Positions 19,368 to 29,558 of a DNA stretch of 64,000 bases are shown here, piece by piece. A model generated the notes under the pieces. The model did no database searches. It worked only from the letters and a program-made list of their open reading frames with translations, and was not told where the DNA came from. Numbering within the stretch: position 1 is the first letter of the stretch; every line of letters begins with the position of its first letter. This DNA is from an uncultured Phycisphaerales bacterium (GTDB lineage: Bacteria; Planctomycetota; Phycisphaerae; Tepidisphaerales; Tepidisphaeraceae), in assembly GCA_963758525.1 (NCBI GenBank), contig CAVWVQ010000003.1:3456001-3520000 (forward strand). The letters are read 5' to 3'. Made by a program: the position numbers and the translations under genes.

Positions 19368-19700
19368 AAGAATTGGACCCGTCCCGTTAGGCGATTCCGA
19401 ATACGTAAAATTCTGTAAAGTTGTGTAAACCGAACCGCTGATTCCGAGCGACAAACAAGGGTTGACCGCCCGGCGGTCACTGGCGTTGTCCCGGATTGTA
19501 AAGCGGGCTGTTTGCTATGATCCCCTTTCCTAACCCCGGCGGTCCGCCGGCGGGGCGGGATGACGGTGACCCCGGAACATAGGGAGTGAATCTACCCGCA
19601 GACCGCTTGGCGACGGTTGTGAAAAAAACGTCTCGCTATGCTGGCCTGCGGGCAAGTGGTTCTTCTTGACCTCCCAATCGGCGCACATTACGGTTTGATC

Positions 19701-19949
19701 ATGACGATCGAGCAGATCCGCAGGATGCACCAGGCCAAGCCATTCCATCCGTTCGATGTGAACATGGCGGACGGTCGGTCTCTGCCGGTGATGCATCCGG
19801 AGTTCCTGGCGCTGACGCCGCCGGGTCGGACCATTGGTATTGGGCTAGCCGACGGGACCATTGAGATCGTTGACTTGCTTCTGGTGACGAGTTTGAAGCC
19901 GCGGTCGAACGCCCGGCCGCGCGGAAGACGTAACGGGGGCACCAATTGA
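19701..19949 (+). CDS. Small conserved planctomycete-type hypothetical protein
   Basis: MTIEQIRRMHQAKPFHPFDVNMADGRSLPVMHPEF...IVDLLLVT. Confidence 0.75.
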   Translation: MTIEQIRRMHQAKPFHPFDVNMADGRSLPVMHPEFLALTPPGRTIGIGLADGTIEIVDLLLVTSLKPRSNARPRGRRNGGTN

Positions 19950-20086
19950 CGAATAAACGCGGAGGAATTCCGCTTCGTGAAGATTCGTGCGAAAATCGTG
20001 TCCATTCGTGTTCCGCATTTGTCCGTCACTTCGGACCGGGCCGAATTGCGTCAGCGATTCGAGCGAAAGCACGAGAGCACGCCAGG

Positions 20087-21391
20087 CTACCCAATCTTCT
20101 CCCGCCCGCCCATGTAGGTTCGCAGCGCTTCGGGAATCGTCACCGTTCCATCGGCGTTCTGATAGTTCTCCAATATTGGAATGAGGATCCGCGGGCTGGC
20201 GACCACCGTGTTGTTCAGCGTGTGGCAGAAACGGATTTTTCCGTCCGAGCCTTTGTAGCGAAGACCCAAACGGCGCGCCTGGAACTCGTAGAGGCGCGAG
20301 GCGGAGTGCGTTTCGCCGTACCCGCTCCCGGGGTGCTTGGGATCCTGGCGGCTGGGCATCCAGGTTTCGATGTCCATCATCGAGGCATTCTTGACGCCGA
20401 TGTCTCCCGTGCAGCATTGAATGACGCGATAGGGAAGATTCAGCCGTTTGAGCACCTCCTCGCTGTACGAGAGCATCTCCAGGTGCCATCGGCGGCTCTC
20501 CTGGACATCGTTGCGGCAGATGACCACCTGCTCGCACTTGTCGAATTGGTGAACGCGATACAAGCCGGCGGTGTCCTTGCCGTAGGTGCCCGCCTCGCGG
20601 CGGAAGCAGGTGCTGACAGACGTGTATTTGAGCGGCAGATCGGCCTCGCTCAGCGTGACCTTGTCCCCGTCCGGCATCTCATAGGCGGTGAGCCCCACTT
20701 CGGCGGTGCCAGTGAGAAACAGATTGTCGTCGCCCACGTGATAGGTCTGCTCGCGGCCCGCCGGGAAAAATCCGGTGCCGCGCATCGCATCCTCGCGCAC
20801 GAGCACCGGCACGGACATCGGCACGAAGCCCTTCTCGCGCACCATCATGTCCATCGCCAGCCGAAGCACGGCCCAATGCAACTCAGCTCCCTGCCCCTTG
20901 AGAAAATACGACCGCGTCCCGGCGATGCGCACGCCCGCGGCAAAGTCGATGATGTCGAGCTTCTCCCCAAGCTCCAGGTGATTCAGCGGCTTGAATTCAA
21001 ACTTCCGCGGCTGGCCCCAGTGATAGAGCACGACGTTCTGCGTTGCATCCTTCCCGACCGGCACGTCGTCGTCGGGCGGCTGGGGAACCTGCAGCAACAG
21101 CGGAAGCAGCGCCGCCTCCATGGCCTTGGCGCGCTCCTCGGCCAGCTTCACCAGCGACTTGATCTCGCCGACGCGGGCGATCGCCGCCTGCTTCGACGCC
21201 GCGTCCTTCAGTTGGGAAATTTGCTTGCTGGCCTCGTTCTGCTCGGCCCGGGCTTTTTCGAATTCCTTCTGCGCTTCGAGCCGATCGGCTTCAAAGCGCA
21301 GAATCTCATCGATCTCGACCTTCACACCCTTCAACTCCGCCCCGCGGCGGTATTTGTCAGGGTTTTCCCGTAAGTCTTTCAAATCCACCAT
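20087..21391 (-). CDS. serS: Serine--tRNA ligase
   Basis: N-terminal coiled coil, GTAEV, FRREAG, GLYRVHQFDK, ETHSAS, HTLNNT. Confidence 0.96.
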   Translation of the reverse strand: MVDLKDLRENPDKYRRGAELKGVKVEIDEILRFEADRLEAQKEFEKARAEQNEASKQISQLKDAASKQAAIARVGEIKSLVKLAEERAKAMEAALLPLLLQVPQPPDDDVPVGKDATQNVVLYHWGQPRKFEFKPLNHLELGEKLDIIDFAAGVRIAGTRSYFLKGQGAELHWAVLRLAMDMMVREKGFVPMSVPVLVREDAMRGTGFFPAGREQTYHVGDDNLFLTGTAEVGLTAYEMPDGDKVTLSEADLPLKYTSVSTCFRREAGTYGKDTAGLYRVHQFDKCEQVVICRNDVQESRRWHLEMLSYSEEVLKRLNLPYRVIQCCTGDIGVKNASMMDIETWMPSRQDPKHPGSGYGETHSASRLYEFQARRLGLRYKGSDGKIRFCHTLNNTVVASPRILIPILENYQNADGTVTIPEALRTYMGGREKIG

Positions 21392-21434
21392 TGTGCTTCC
21401 TCAACAGAGCTCCAGCAGGGCCAAGCCGAAAACT

Positions 21435-21650
21435 AAAGAGCCGCGAAGACGCGAAGACAGACGCGAAGAAGAAGGAGAGTAAAAAAAAGCGATTTCCACG
21501 GCTCGAGGGCGACGGGGCCCGCTTCCCCAGCGTTGAAAGGATCTCCTCCGCGCCATCTTCAGTCTCGCGCAGCTTCTCGTTTTCGTAACATGATGTTTTT
21601 CGATCTTCCTTCGCGTTTGTCTTCGCGCCTTCGCGTCTTCGCGGCTCTTT
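21435..21650. repeat. Solo inverted-repeat pair of the same family as the 7983-9034 array, with a different spacer
   Basis: AAAGAGCCGCGAAGACGCGAAG...CTTCGCGTCTTCGCGGCTCTTT. Confidence 0.85.
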
Positions 21651-21696
21651 GCTTTTGTTTTTTCCGGCAGTGCGACAATCAGGACCACTCGCGCAA

Positions 21697-21727
21697 ATCA
21701 AAAGTCCACGAAGCACGCTTCGTGGAC
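21697..21727 (-). terminator. Probable intrinsic terminator after rpsG
   Basis: 11-bp arms GTCCACGAAGC/GCTTCGTGGAC followed by TTTTGATTT on the minus strand. Confidence 0.65.
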
Positions 21728-21762
21728 CTTGATCGATTGAATCGCATTGTACGGATTTAAGG

Positions 21763-22239
21763 CTACCAGGCGAAGTGGGCGAACGCCTTGTTGGCCTCGG
21801 CCATGCGGTGCGTGTCGTCGCGCTTCTTCATGGCAAGGCCCTCCTTGCGGTAGGCCGCCATCAGCTCGTCCGCCAGGCGGGCGTGCATCGGCCGGCCGCC
21901 CGCGGCGCGGCAGGCGTTGATCAGCCAGCGAAACGCCAGGCTCTGCTGACGCCGTTTGTTCACCTGCATGGGGACCTGATAGTTGGCCCCGCCGACGCGA
22001 CGGCTCCGCACCTCGACATACGGCTTGACGTTATTGATCGCGGTCTCGAACAGCTCCAGCGGCGGAACGTCCTTGTTCTTCTTGATCACCAGATCCATGG
22101 CTTCGTAAAAGAGCTTCTGCGCAACCGACTTCTTGCCTCCCCACATGAGGGAGTTGATGAACTTGCTGACCAGCTTGCTGTTATAGCGCGGGTCAGGCTT
22201 GAGCATTGCTTCGCTGGCGGTGAATTTCTTGTAAGCCAT
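21763..22239 (-). CDS. rpsG: 30S ribosomal protein S7
   Basis: GKKSVA, EVRSRRVGGANYQVP, THRMAEANKAFAHF. Confidence 0.97.
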   Translation of the reverse strand: MAYKKFTASEAMLKPDPRYNSKLVSKFINSLMWGGKKSVAQKLFYEAMDLVIKKNKDVPPLELFETAINNVKPYVEVRSRRVGGANYQVPMQVNKRRQQSLAFRWLINACRAAGGRPMHARLADELMAAYRKEGLAMKKRDDTHRMAEANKAFAHFAW

Positions 22240-22279
22240 AGGAAAGGGTTCAGGGTTCGGGGTTCAGGGTTTTAGTCTA

Positions 22280-22651
<372 letters not shown>

Positions 22652-22708
22652 ACGCTACCTTCGTTCCATCTTCCGCCGCGTTCCGCCACGGCAAATCGAA
22701 AGCGGGGC

Positions 22709-22737
22709 AGTATAAGGAGAGTCCCGCCGAGTCGCAA
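22709..22737 (-). promoter_or_regulatory. Sigma70-like promoter of rpsL
   Basis: TTGCGA-17-TATACT on the minus strand. Confidence 0.6.
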
Positions 22738-22762
22738 GTGGTGGGGGGGACGCTTGAAAATG

Positions 22763-22905
22763 GGGTGTGGCGCTCGAAAGTGGCGATCGGCTCCGAGTAG
22801 GGCGGGATTCATCCCGCCGATTTGTTGGCCGGCTGAGAAAACGGCGGGATGAATCCCGCCCTACGATCGCAAAATCTGCAATCGCCACAAATAAAAGGTA
22901 CACCC
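22763..22905 (+). mobile_element. 143-bp MITE, copy 2
   Basis: Same sequence as 700-842; TSD TGAAAATG at 22755-22762 and 22906-22913. Confidence 0.9.
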
Positions 22906-23056
22906 TGAAAATGAGGGCGTGGGGGAGATCGTTCATTTGACGCGGCCCGCCGGACGGACGAACCCCCACCCCAACCCTCCCCCAGACTACTAGGGGAGGG
23001 GCAAGAGCGGGATAAGCAGCAAATTTGGCTGCGCAGCTTGAGAGGGCTCTTGCAAC

Positions 23057-24380
23057 TCAAGAGCGGGACTTGGCGACGGCGGCGAAGGCCTTTTCGGCGG
23101 CGCGGATGGTTTCCTCAACCAGTTCATCAGTGTGGCTCAGGCTGACGAACATGGCTTCGTATTGCGACGGGGCCAGGTAGATTCCGTTGTCGAGCATCGC
23201 ATGGAAGAAAATCGCGTAGGCGGCGGTATCGCAACTGGTCGCGTCGGCGTAATTGCTGACTGGTTGGCCCGCGGTTTTGGTGAAGAACGGGGTGAGCATG
23301 GACGCCACGCGGTTGATCGTGACTGGCACTTTCGCCTCTTCCGCGGCGGCGGCGAGGCCGCTGGCGAGCATCGCGCCGTGCCATTCGAGCGCCTCGTAGG
23401 CGCCGCTTTCCTGCAAAACTTCGAGCGTTGCCAGGCCGCCCGCCATGGCAAGGGGATTGCCGCTGAGCGTTCCGGCCTGATAGACCTTGCCGGCGGGGCT
23501 GATCTGTTCCATGAGTTTTCGCGATCCGCCGTACGCTGCGCACGGCAATCCTCCGCCTATCACTTTGCCCAGACAGGTCAAATCGGGCGCGAGGTCATAC
23601 AGGACTTGCGCCGCCCCAGGCAACGCGGAACCCGGTCATCACTTCGTCGAAGATCAGCATTGCGCCGCTCTCGTCGCAGAGTCGTCGCAGGCCGCTCAGA
23701 TATCCCTCGGCTGGCGGAACCACGCCCATGTTTCCCGCAACGGGCTCGATGATGAACCCGGCAATGCGGTTTGCGTAAACTTGAAACAGCGACTTGGCGG
23801 CCTCGAGGTCGTTGTACGGCGCGACAATCGTGGCGGCGGCGATTGCCTCCGGCACGCCCGGACTGCTGGGCGTTCCCAACGTCAGCGCGCCGCTGCCGGC
23901 TTGCACGAGCATCCCGTCGGAGTGCCCGTGATAGCCGCCGGCGCATTTGATGATCAGGTCGCGCCCGGTGACCGCCCGCGCCAGGCGTACGGCGCTCATC
24001 GTCGCCTCGGTGCCGCTGTTCACAAAGCGGATCATGTCGACGGCGGGCAGTGCTCCGATGATGACCGAGGCGAGCTGTGTCTCCAATTCGGTGGGCGCGC
24101 CGAAGCTTGTCCCACGCCCGATGGCTTTGGAGAGAGCGGCGACCACCCGCTCGTTGGTATGACCGGCGATGAGCGGGCCGTAGCTTCCCACGTAGTCGAC
24201 GTAGGTGTTGCCATCGATGTCCTTGAGATGAGCCCCTTCGCCTTCACGAATGAAAAGGGGGGTGCCGCCCACCGCCTTGAACGCCCGCACCGGAGAACTC
24301 ACTCCGCCTGGCATAACGGCGTTGGCCTCGGTGAACGCGGCTTGGGAGTCAACGATGCTTCGCACTTCTTGTTCGCCCAT
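23057..24380 (-). CDS. hemL: Glutamate-1-semialdehyde 2,1-aminomutase, frameshift near 23610
   Basis: [35 protein letters not shown] / [20 protein letters not shown] in two frames. Confidence 0.93.
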
Positions 24381-24553
24381 GCTCGGCGCGATCTTAAAAG
24401 GGGGTCCGGCCGAAGGCAAATCCGCTTGCCATACTGGCAGCAGTATCAGGTCGACTGTCGAATTGGCACTCGCGGCCTCGGCTGGCTGATCGGGCGTGCT
24501 CGCTTATGTACGTGCAGGAGCAAGGCTTGGAGCGATCTGGCGGACGAAATGCA

Positions 24554-24569
24554 TGGCACATTCTTTGCG
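24554..24569 (+). promoter_or_regulatory. Sigma54 -24/-12 promoter candidate upstream of dnaK
   Basis: TGGCAC-ATTCT-TTGC matches TGGCAC-N5-TTGC. Confidence 0.55.
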
Positions 24570-24628
24570 ACAGCGTGCCTAGTCCCGCGGGTATTTCCCT
24601 CGGGTTCAATCCTAGAAGGAGCCGTTTC

Positions 24629-26533
24629 ATGGCGAAGATCATTGGAATTGACTTGGGCACGACCAACAGCGTGGTTGCCATCATGGAAGGAGATCAGCCA
24701 AAGGTGCTGATTAATTCCCAGGGGAGCCGGCTGACGCCGTCAGTCGTTGCCTTTACGGAGAAGGGCGATCGTCTGATCGGTCAGACCGCCAAGCATCAAC
24801 AAATCACCAATCCGAAAAACACGATTTTCTCGATCAAGCGATTCATGGGGCGTCGTCACAGCGAAGTGGGCCAGGAAGAAAAGATGGTCCCATACGAAGT
24901 GGTCGGCGGGCCGCAGGAGTATGTGAAGGTGCGTGTTCGGGGCAAAGACTACACCCCCGAGCAGATCTCCGCGTTTATTCTGCAGGATTTGAAAAAGACC
25001 GCCGAGGATTACCTGGGCGAGAAGGTGACGGACGCGGTGATCACCGTTCCGGCATACTTCAACGACGCGCAGCGCAAAGCGACCAAGGATGCCGGCGAGA
25101 TCGCGGGGCTCAAGGTGCTTCGCGTGCTTCCCGAACCGACCGCGGCTGCGCTCGCGTACGGGCTGGACAAGAAAAAGAACGAGAAGATCTGCGTCTTCGA
25201 TCTGGGCGGCGGCACGTTTGACGTGTCGGTGCTTGACGTCGGCGACGGGGTCTTCGAGGTTCTCTCGATCAATGGGGACACTCACCTCGGCGGCGACGAC
25301 TTCGACCAGGTGCTGATCAATTTCCTGGCCGATGAATTCAAGCGCACCGAGGGGATCGATCTCCGCAAAGACGCGATGGCGCTGCAGCGTCTGAAGGAGT
25401 CGGCTGAAAAAGCCAAGATCGAGCTTTCCACGGCGATGGAAGCGACCGTGAATCTGCCGTTCATCACGGCGGACCAGAGCGGCCCCAAGCACCTGCAGAT
25501 CACCGTGACGCGCACCAAGTTTGAGCAACTGATCGGTCCGCTGGTCGATAAGTGCCGCAAGCCGTTGCTGGATGCGCTGTCCGATGCGAAGCTGCAGCCG
25601 GAGAAAATCGATGAAGTTGTGCTGGTCGGCGGATCGACGCGGGTCCCGATGGTGCAGCGCATGGTCAAGGAGCTGTTCAAAGGCAAAGAGCCGAACCGCA
25701 GCGTGAATCCCGACGAAGTGGTTGCCATTGGCGCCGCCATTCAGGGCGCGATCGCAACCGGCGATGTGAAGGACATTCTGGTTCTTGACGCCACGCCGCT
25801 TTCGCTGGGAGTCGAAACGCTGGGCGGCGTGATGACTCCGCTGATTGCCCGCAATACCACCATCCCCAGCAGCAAGAAGGAAGTCTTCTCCACTGCCTCG
25901 GACAATCAGAACGCGGTCACGATCAACGTCCTGCAGGGCGAACGTGAATTCGCCAAGGACAACCGTCTGCTCGGCACCTTCAATCTGACCGACATTCCGC
26001 CCGCTCCGCGAGGAGTGCCGCAGATCGAGGTCAGCTTCAACATCGATGTCAACGGCATCCTGACCGTGTCGGCAAAGGAGCTGGGCACCGGCAAGGAAAG
26101 CAAGGTGACCATCCAGAACAGCGGCGGCCTTTCCAAGGAAGAGATCGAGAAGATGAAGCGCGACGCCGAGGTCCATGCCGCCGAAGACAAGAAGCGGCGT
26201 GAGACGATTGAGTTGAAGAATCAGGCGGAGAATCTGGCGTTTCAGACGGAGAAGGCGCTGAAGGACAACGGAGAGAAAGTCTCCGCCGACGTCCGCAGCG
26301 GGGCCGAAAGCGCGTTGAATGCGTTGAAAGACGCGATCGGCAGCGACGACGCCGACCGGATGAAGAAGACGATGGAGAATCTCCACGTGATTCTTCACAA
26401 CCTCGGCGCCGCGGCCGGCAGCGCCGGCGCCGGCCCCACGCCGCCACCGAGCGATCGCGCCACCGGCGGCCCGACCGGCGAAGCGAAGAAGGACGAAGAC
26501 GTCATCGACGCCGAGTACGAAGTGAAGGAGTAA
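24629..26533 (+). CDS. dnaK: Chaperone DnaK (Hsp70)
   Basis: [51 protein letters not shown]. Confidence 0.98.
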   Translation: MAKIIGIDLGTTNSVVAIMEGDQPKVLINSQGSRLTPSVVAFTEKGDRLIGQTAKHQQITNPKNTIFSIKRFMGRRHSEVGQEEKMVPYEVVGGPQEYVKVRVRGKDYTPEQISAFILQDLKKTAEDYLGEKVTDAVITVPAYFNDAQRKATKDAGEIAGLKVLRVLPEPTAAALAYGLDKKKNEKICVFDLGGGTFDVSVLDVGDGVFEVLSINGDTHLGGDDFDQVLINFLADEFKRTEGIDLRKDAMALQRLKESAEKAKIELSTAMEATVNLPFITADQSGPKHLQITVTRTKFEQLIGPLVDKCRKPLLDALSDAKLQPEKIDEVVLVGGSTRVPMVQRMVKELFKGKEPNRSVNPDEVVAIGAAIQGAIATGDVKDILVLDATPLSLGVETLGGVMTPLIARNTTIPSSKKEVFSTASDNQNAVTINVLQGEREFAKDNRLLGTFNLTDIPPAPRGVPQIEVSFNIDVNGILTVSAKELGTGKESKVTIQNSGGLSKEEIEKMKRDAEVHAAEDKKRRETIELKNQAENLAFQTEKALKDNGEKVSADVRSGAESALNALKDAIGSDDADRMKKTMENLHVILHNLGAAAGSAGAGPTPPPSDRATGGPTGEAKKDEDVIDAEYEVKE

Positions 26534-26548
26534 CCGGGCGTTTCATTA

Positions 26549-26857
26549 TTATTTCGATAGAGACCACCTCGGCGGGCGCAAAGAATCGCGCCCGCCGTTG
26601 TTTTTGCGGGCGCGCGGCGCGTAGGGTGGGGAACGATTCTCCGCCGACGGAGTGGTGCTTGTAATGTCCGGAGTTGTTCGGTGGAGAACGACGGGGAACC
26701 CGCGGCGGCCGGGTTGAGCCTGGTGCCGCATGCCGTAGCGTCCTATGAAAAAGCCGATGATAAACATCACCGTCGCGGCGATCGCCAGAATTACGAGAAA
26801 AGCCGTCACCATTTGATCCAGCATTTCTCCCATATTTGCGATGACGGTGCCATTCAT
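26549..26857 (-). CDS. Small single-TM hypothetical protein
   Basis: Hydrophobic stretch AFLVILAIAATVMFIIGFFIG; RRGFPV tail. Confidence 0.5.
   Translation of the reverse strand: MNGTVIANMGEMLDQMVTAFLVILAIAATVMFIIGFFIGRYGMRHQAQPGRRGFPVVLHRTTPDITSTTPSAENRSPPYAPRARKNNGGRDSLRPPRWSLSK
26570..26605 (+). terminator. Probable terminator after dnaK
   Basis: CGGCGGGCGC..GCGCCCGCCG followed by TTGTTTTT. Confidence 0.6.
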
Positions 26858-26999
26858 GCTTGTAATCCGAGGAAAACCCTCGGGATGATGTCGCGTTGGC
26901 GACTTGGCGACCCGCCGTTAACCCGAGTTGCGTAAATTGGGCTAACCGCTCCACCAGTCAACCTTCGCGGCTTGACCCTTCGTCCGCTATCATAGCATC

Positions 27000-27509
27000 A
27001 TGCTCGATAAGTCGTTCACAAAATGGTGGTTGGTGAGGGTGCAGCCGTTTCGGGAAGTGCCCAATGAAAAGCTGTCGGCCGAGCGCGAGGCGATGGCCCG
27101 CCAGCAGGATTACAACCGCAACTACGCAGAATTTTTGAACAACGCTGTTTTTCCCGCGGTCGACAACCTCGTGCAGGTGCTGGCTAAAGCGAACATCGTG
27201 CATCGCGTTTCAACCTGGGGGAACCAGCTTTCGTTGCGGGTGCATCTCGCGTGGCGGTGGGGGGAGTTGGTGATCATGCAGAGCCATGAGGATTGTGTGA
27301 CATTCGAGCATCACATCATTACGGAAGGCGAGAAACGCGGCGATGACTCCGCCGAGGACCACTCTCATCAGTACGACCTGCGCGACGCCATTCCCGCGGC
27401 GATCGCCAGCGAGCAGATTCAATTTTTCCTGGGCCGGCTGGCGCAGGATCTGGTGGAGCCCGAGCCCGAGCCGGAGATTCCTCCGGGCGAAACGCCGCCG
27501 GTGGGGTGA
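27000..27509 (+). CDS. Hypothetical protein
   Basis: 169-aa ORF with protein-like composition filling the gap; start uncertain. Confidence 0.65.
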   Translation: MLDKSFTKWWLVRVQPFREVPNEKLSAEREAMARQQDYNRNYAEFLNNAVFPAVDNLVQVLAKANIVHRVSTWGNQLSLRVHLAWRWGELVIMQSHEDCVTFEHHIITEGEKRGDDSAEDHSHQYDLRDAIPAAIASEQIQFFLGRLAQDLVEPEPEPEIPPGETPPVG

Positions 27510-27772
27510 GGCGCACGGGCGCAACGCAATCCCGTCCGTGCGCGCGGCACTCAGAATCGTTTAGCCGCCTCGCTTGCGAGGCGCGGCAAGCGGTGCGGAT
27601 GCCTGGCTTGGCGCGGTTGGAACAGTTGCGCCGCCAGACACGCCTCGCGAGCGAGGCGGCTAACTAAAGGATTTGGAGTGCTGCGCACACGTTGAGGAGT
27701 TGAGGGGAGTTGAGGATCTCTTGATGGCGGCGGCTGGTTAATTCTCCCGCCCGCTCCTAACATTGGTCAACG

Positions 27773-28159
27773 ATGTCGAAACAGCCATCAGCTCGTCGTG
27801 TGGAATATGACGTGATTGAGCCGACCGGCAAGCGCGTTGTCATTCGCAAGGACGACAACAAGCGGCAGACGCGCGGAGGCATCGTGTTGCCCGACAGCCA
27901 CGAGATTCCAGTCATCACCGGTCGCGTGATCGCGATCAGCAAGGCGATCGAGAACGACGAGGACGAAACCATCCGGCAATACGACAAGGTGCTCTTCGAC
28001 CCGCGCGAAGCGATCCCCGTTGAGCTCGAGCACGACAATCGGTTGTTCGTCGTGGGCATCGATCGTGTGCTGGCAATCTTTCGCCGGTCGGACAAGAACA
28101 AGGCGTCTGTCCAGGACGCGTCGGACAGCGGCGCCCAAGACGATCCGGACCCCCTTTGA
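27773..28159 (+). CDS. GroES/Cpn10-family protein without an adjacent groEL
   Basis: IEPTGKRVVI, TRGGIVLPDS, GRVIAI, DKVLF, VLAI. Confidence 0.8.
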   Translation: MSKQPSARRVEYDVIEPTGKRVVIRKDDNKRQTRGGIVLPDSHEIPVITGRVIAISKAIENDEDETIRQYDKVLFDPREAIPVELEHDNRLFVVGIDRVLAIFRRSDKNKASVQDASDSGAQDDPDPL

Positions 28160-28175
28160 GCAAGGATGTATCGCG

Positions 28176-28574
28176 ATGTCACAGCGCGTTGTATTAGTCG
28201 GTCATTGCGGCCCGGACAGCAGCTATCTTCGAATCTCCGTTGCCAACGCGCTCCCGGGCGCGAAGGTTTCCGCCGTTGACGATGCGGTTGAACTGGAACA
28301 AGGCATTAAGAGCGGCGTTGATTTGCTGCTGGTCAACCGCCTGCTCGATTACGGATTTGAGGAAACTGAAGGCGTCACGCTGATCCGCAACCTGCGATTG
28401 CGCCATCCGGAGTTAAAGGCGATTCTTGTCAGCAATTACCCCGAAGCGCAGAACGCCGCGATTGCCGCGGGGGCGGTGGGCGCTTTCGGAAAGCGCGAGC
28501 TTGGAACGCCGCGCGTGACGGAACTGCTGCGTGAGGTGCTCAAGACCAACGGGCAGGGCTCTGCGGTCAAGTGA
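28176..28574 (+). CDS. Atypical single-domain receiver (CheY-like)
   Basis: VVLVGHCGPD, DLLLVNR, ILVSN, AGAVGAFGK. Confidence 0.75.
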   Translation: MSQRVVLVGHCGPDSSYLRISVANALPGAKVSAVDDAVELEQGIKSGVDLLLVNRLLDYGFEETEGVTLIRNLRLRHPELKAILVSNYPEAQNAAIAAGAVGAFGKRELGTPRVTELLREVLKTNGQGSAVK

Positions 28575-28584
28575 CTGATCTGCC

Positions 28585-29558
28585 CTACGCCGCGTGAGGT
28601 TGGCGCAGCACTTCCGAGGCCTGCTGGACGCAGTTTTTCCCGCGGCGTTTGGCGGCATAGAGGGCAGCATCCGCATGCCGCAGAATCCGCTCGGGCGTGG
28701 CGGATTCTGGCGATCGCGCAGCCACGCCGGCGCTGATCGTCGCGCCCACGCATGCGGCCTCCACCGCGGCGCGGTAGCGATCGGCCGCCAGCGCGGCGCC
28801 GCTCTCATTCTGGTGCGGCATGATAATGAGGAACTCTTCACCGCCATGGCGGATGACGACATCGGTGTCCCTGGCGGTCGAGCGCAACACCATGCCGACG
28901 TTGCGCAGCACCACGTCACCGCCGCCGTGCCCCATCGTGTCATTGATCCGCTTGAAGTTGTCGATGTCGATCATCGCGCAGGAAAGCTGCTGATCGTAGC
29001 GCACCGAAATGCGCCACTCCTCGTCCAATCGCTCCAGGCCGCAGCGGCGGTTGAGCAGGCCGGTGAGCGTATCCGTTGACGCCAGGGACTGCAGCTTGTT
29101 GTTCAGCATCGCGAGCCGGTTGCTCATCCGCTGCCCGACCAGCGCGCGAGCGGCCAGCGATCGTTGCAGGCTGACTGTGCGCGCGCCGCGCGCAGACGGG
29201 CGAACAACTCGGCGGATTTGAACGGCTTGGTCAGGTAGTCGTCTGCACCGGCATCCAGCGCCTCGACAATCCGATGCGTGGCAGAGTGCACCGTCAGCAT
29301 GATGACATACGGCGGCGGGGTCCCAAGCGAACGAAGCTCCCGGCAGACGGCAGGCCCCTGCAATTCGGGCATGACCCAATCCAGTATCACGATCTGCGGG
29401 CGATGCCTTTGGACGATCCGCAGCGCTTCGTGGCCATCTTTGGCCGCCATGGAGGGGAAGCCGGCCGCGGCCAGTTGTCTTTCCAGCAGGGCGAACGTCA
29501 GCGGATCGTCGTCGACCACCAGCACGGTCGGTTTTCGCGCGCGATTGCCAGTAGTCAT
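28585..29558 (-). CDS. REC-GGDEF diguanylate cyclase, frameshift near 29190
   Basis: VLVVDDD, ILDWVMP, DDYLTKPF in one frame; DTLTGLLNRR, DIDNFKRINDTMGH, RHGGEEF in another. Confidence 0.88.

Noticed and set aside
23057..24380. hemL as a true pseudogene or programmed frameshift
   Set aside because: All motifs are intact and similar indels occur across the window, so sequencing error is more parsimonious.
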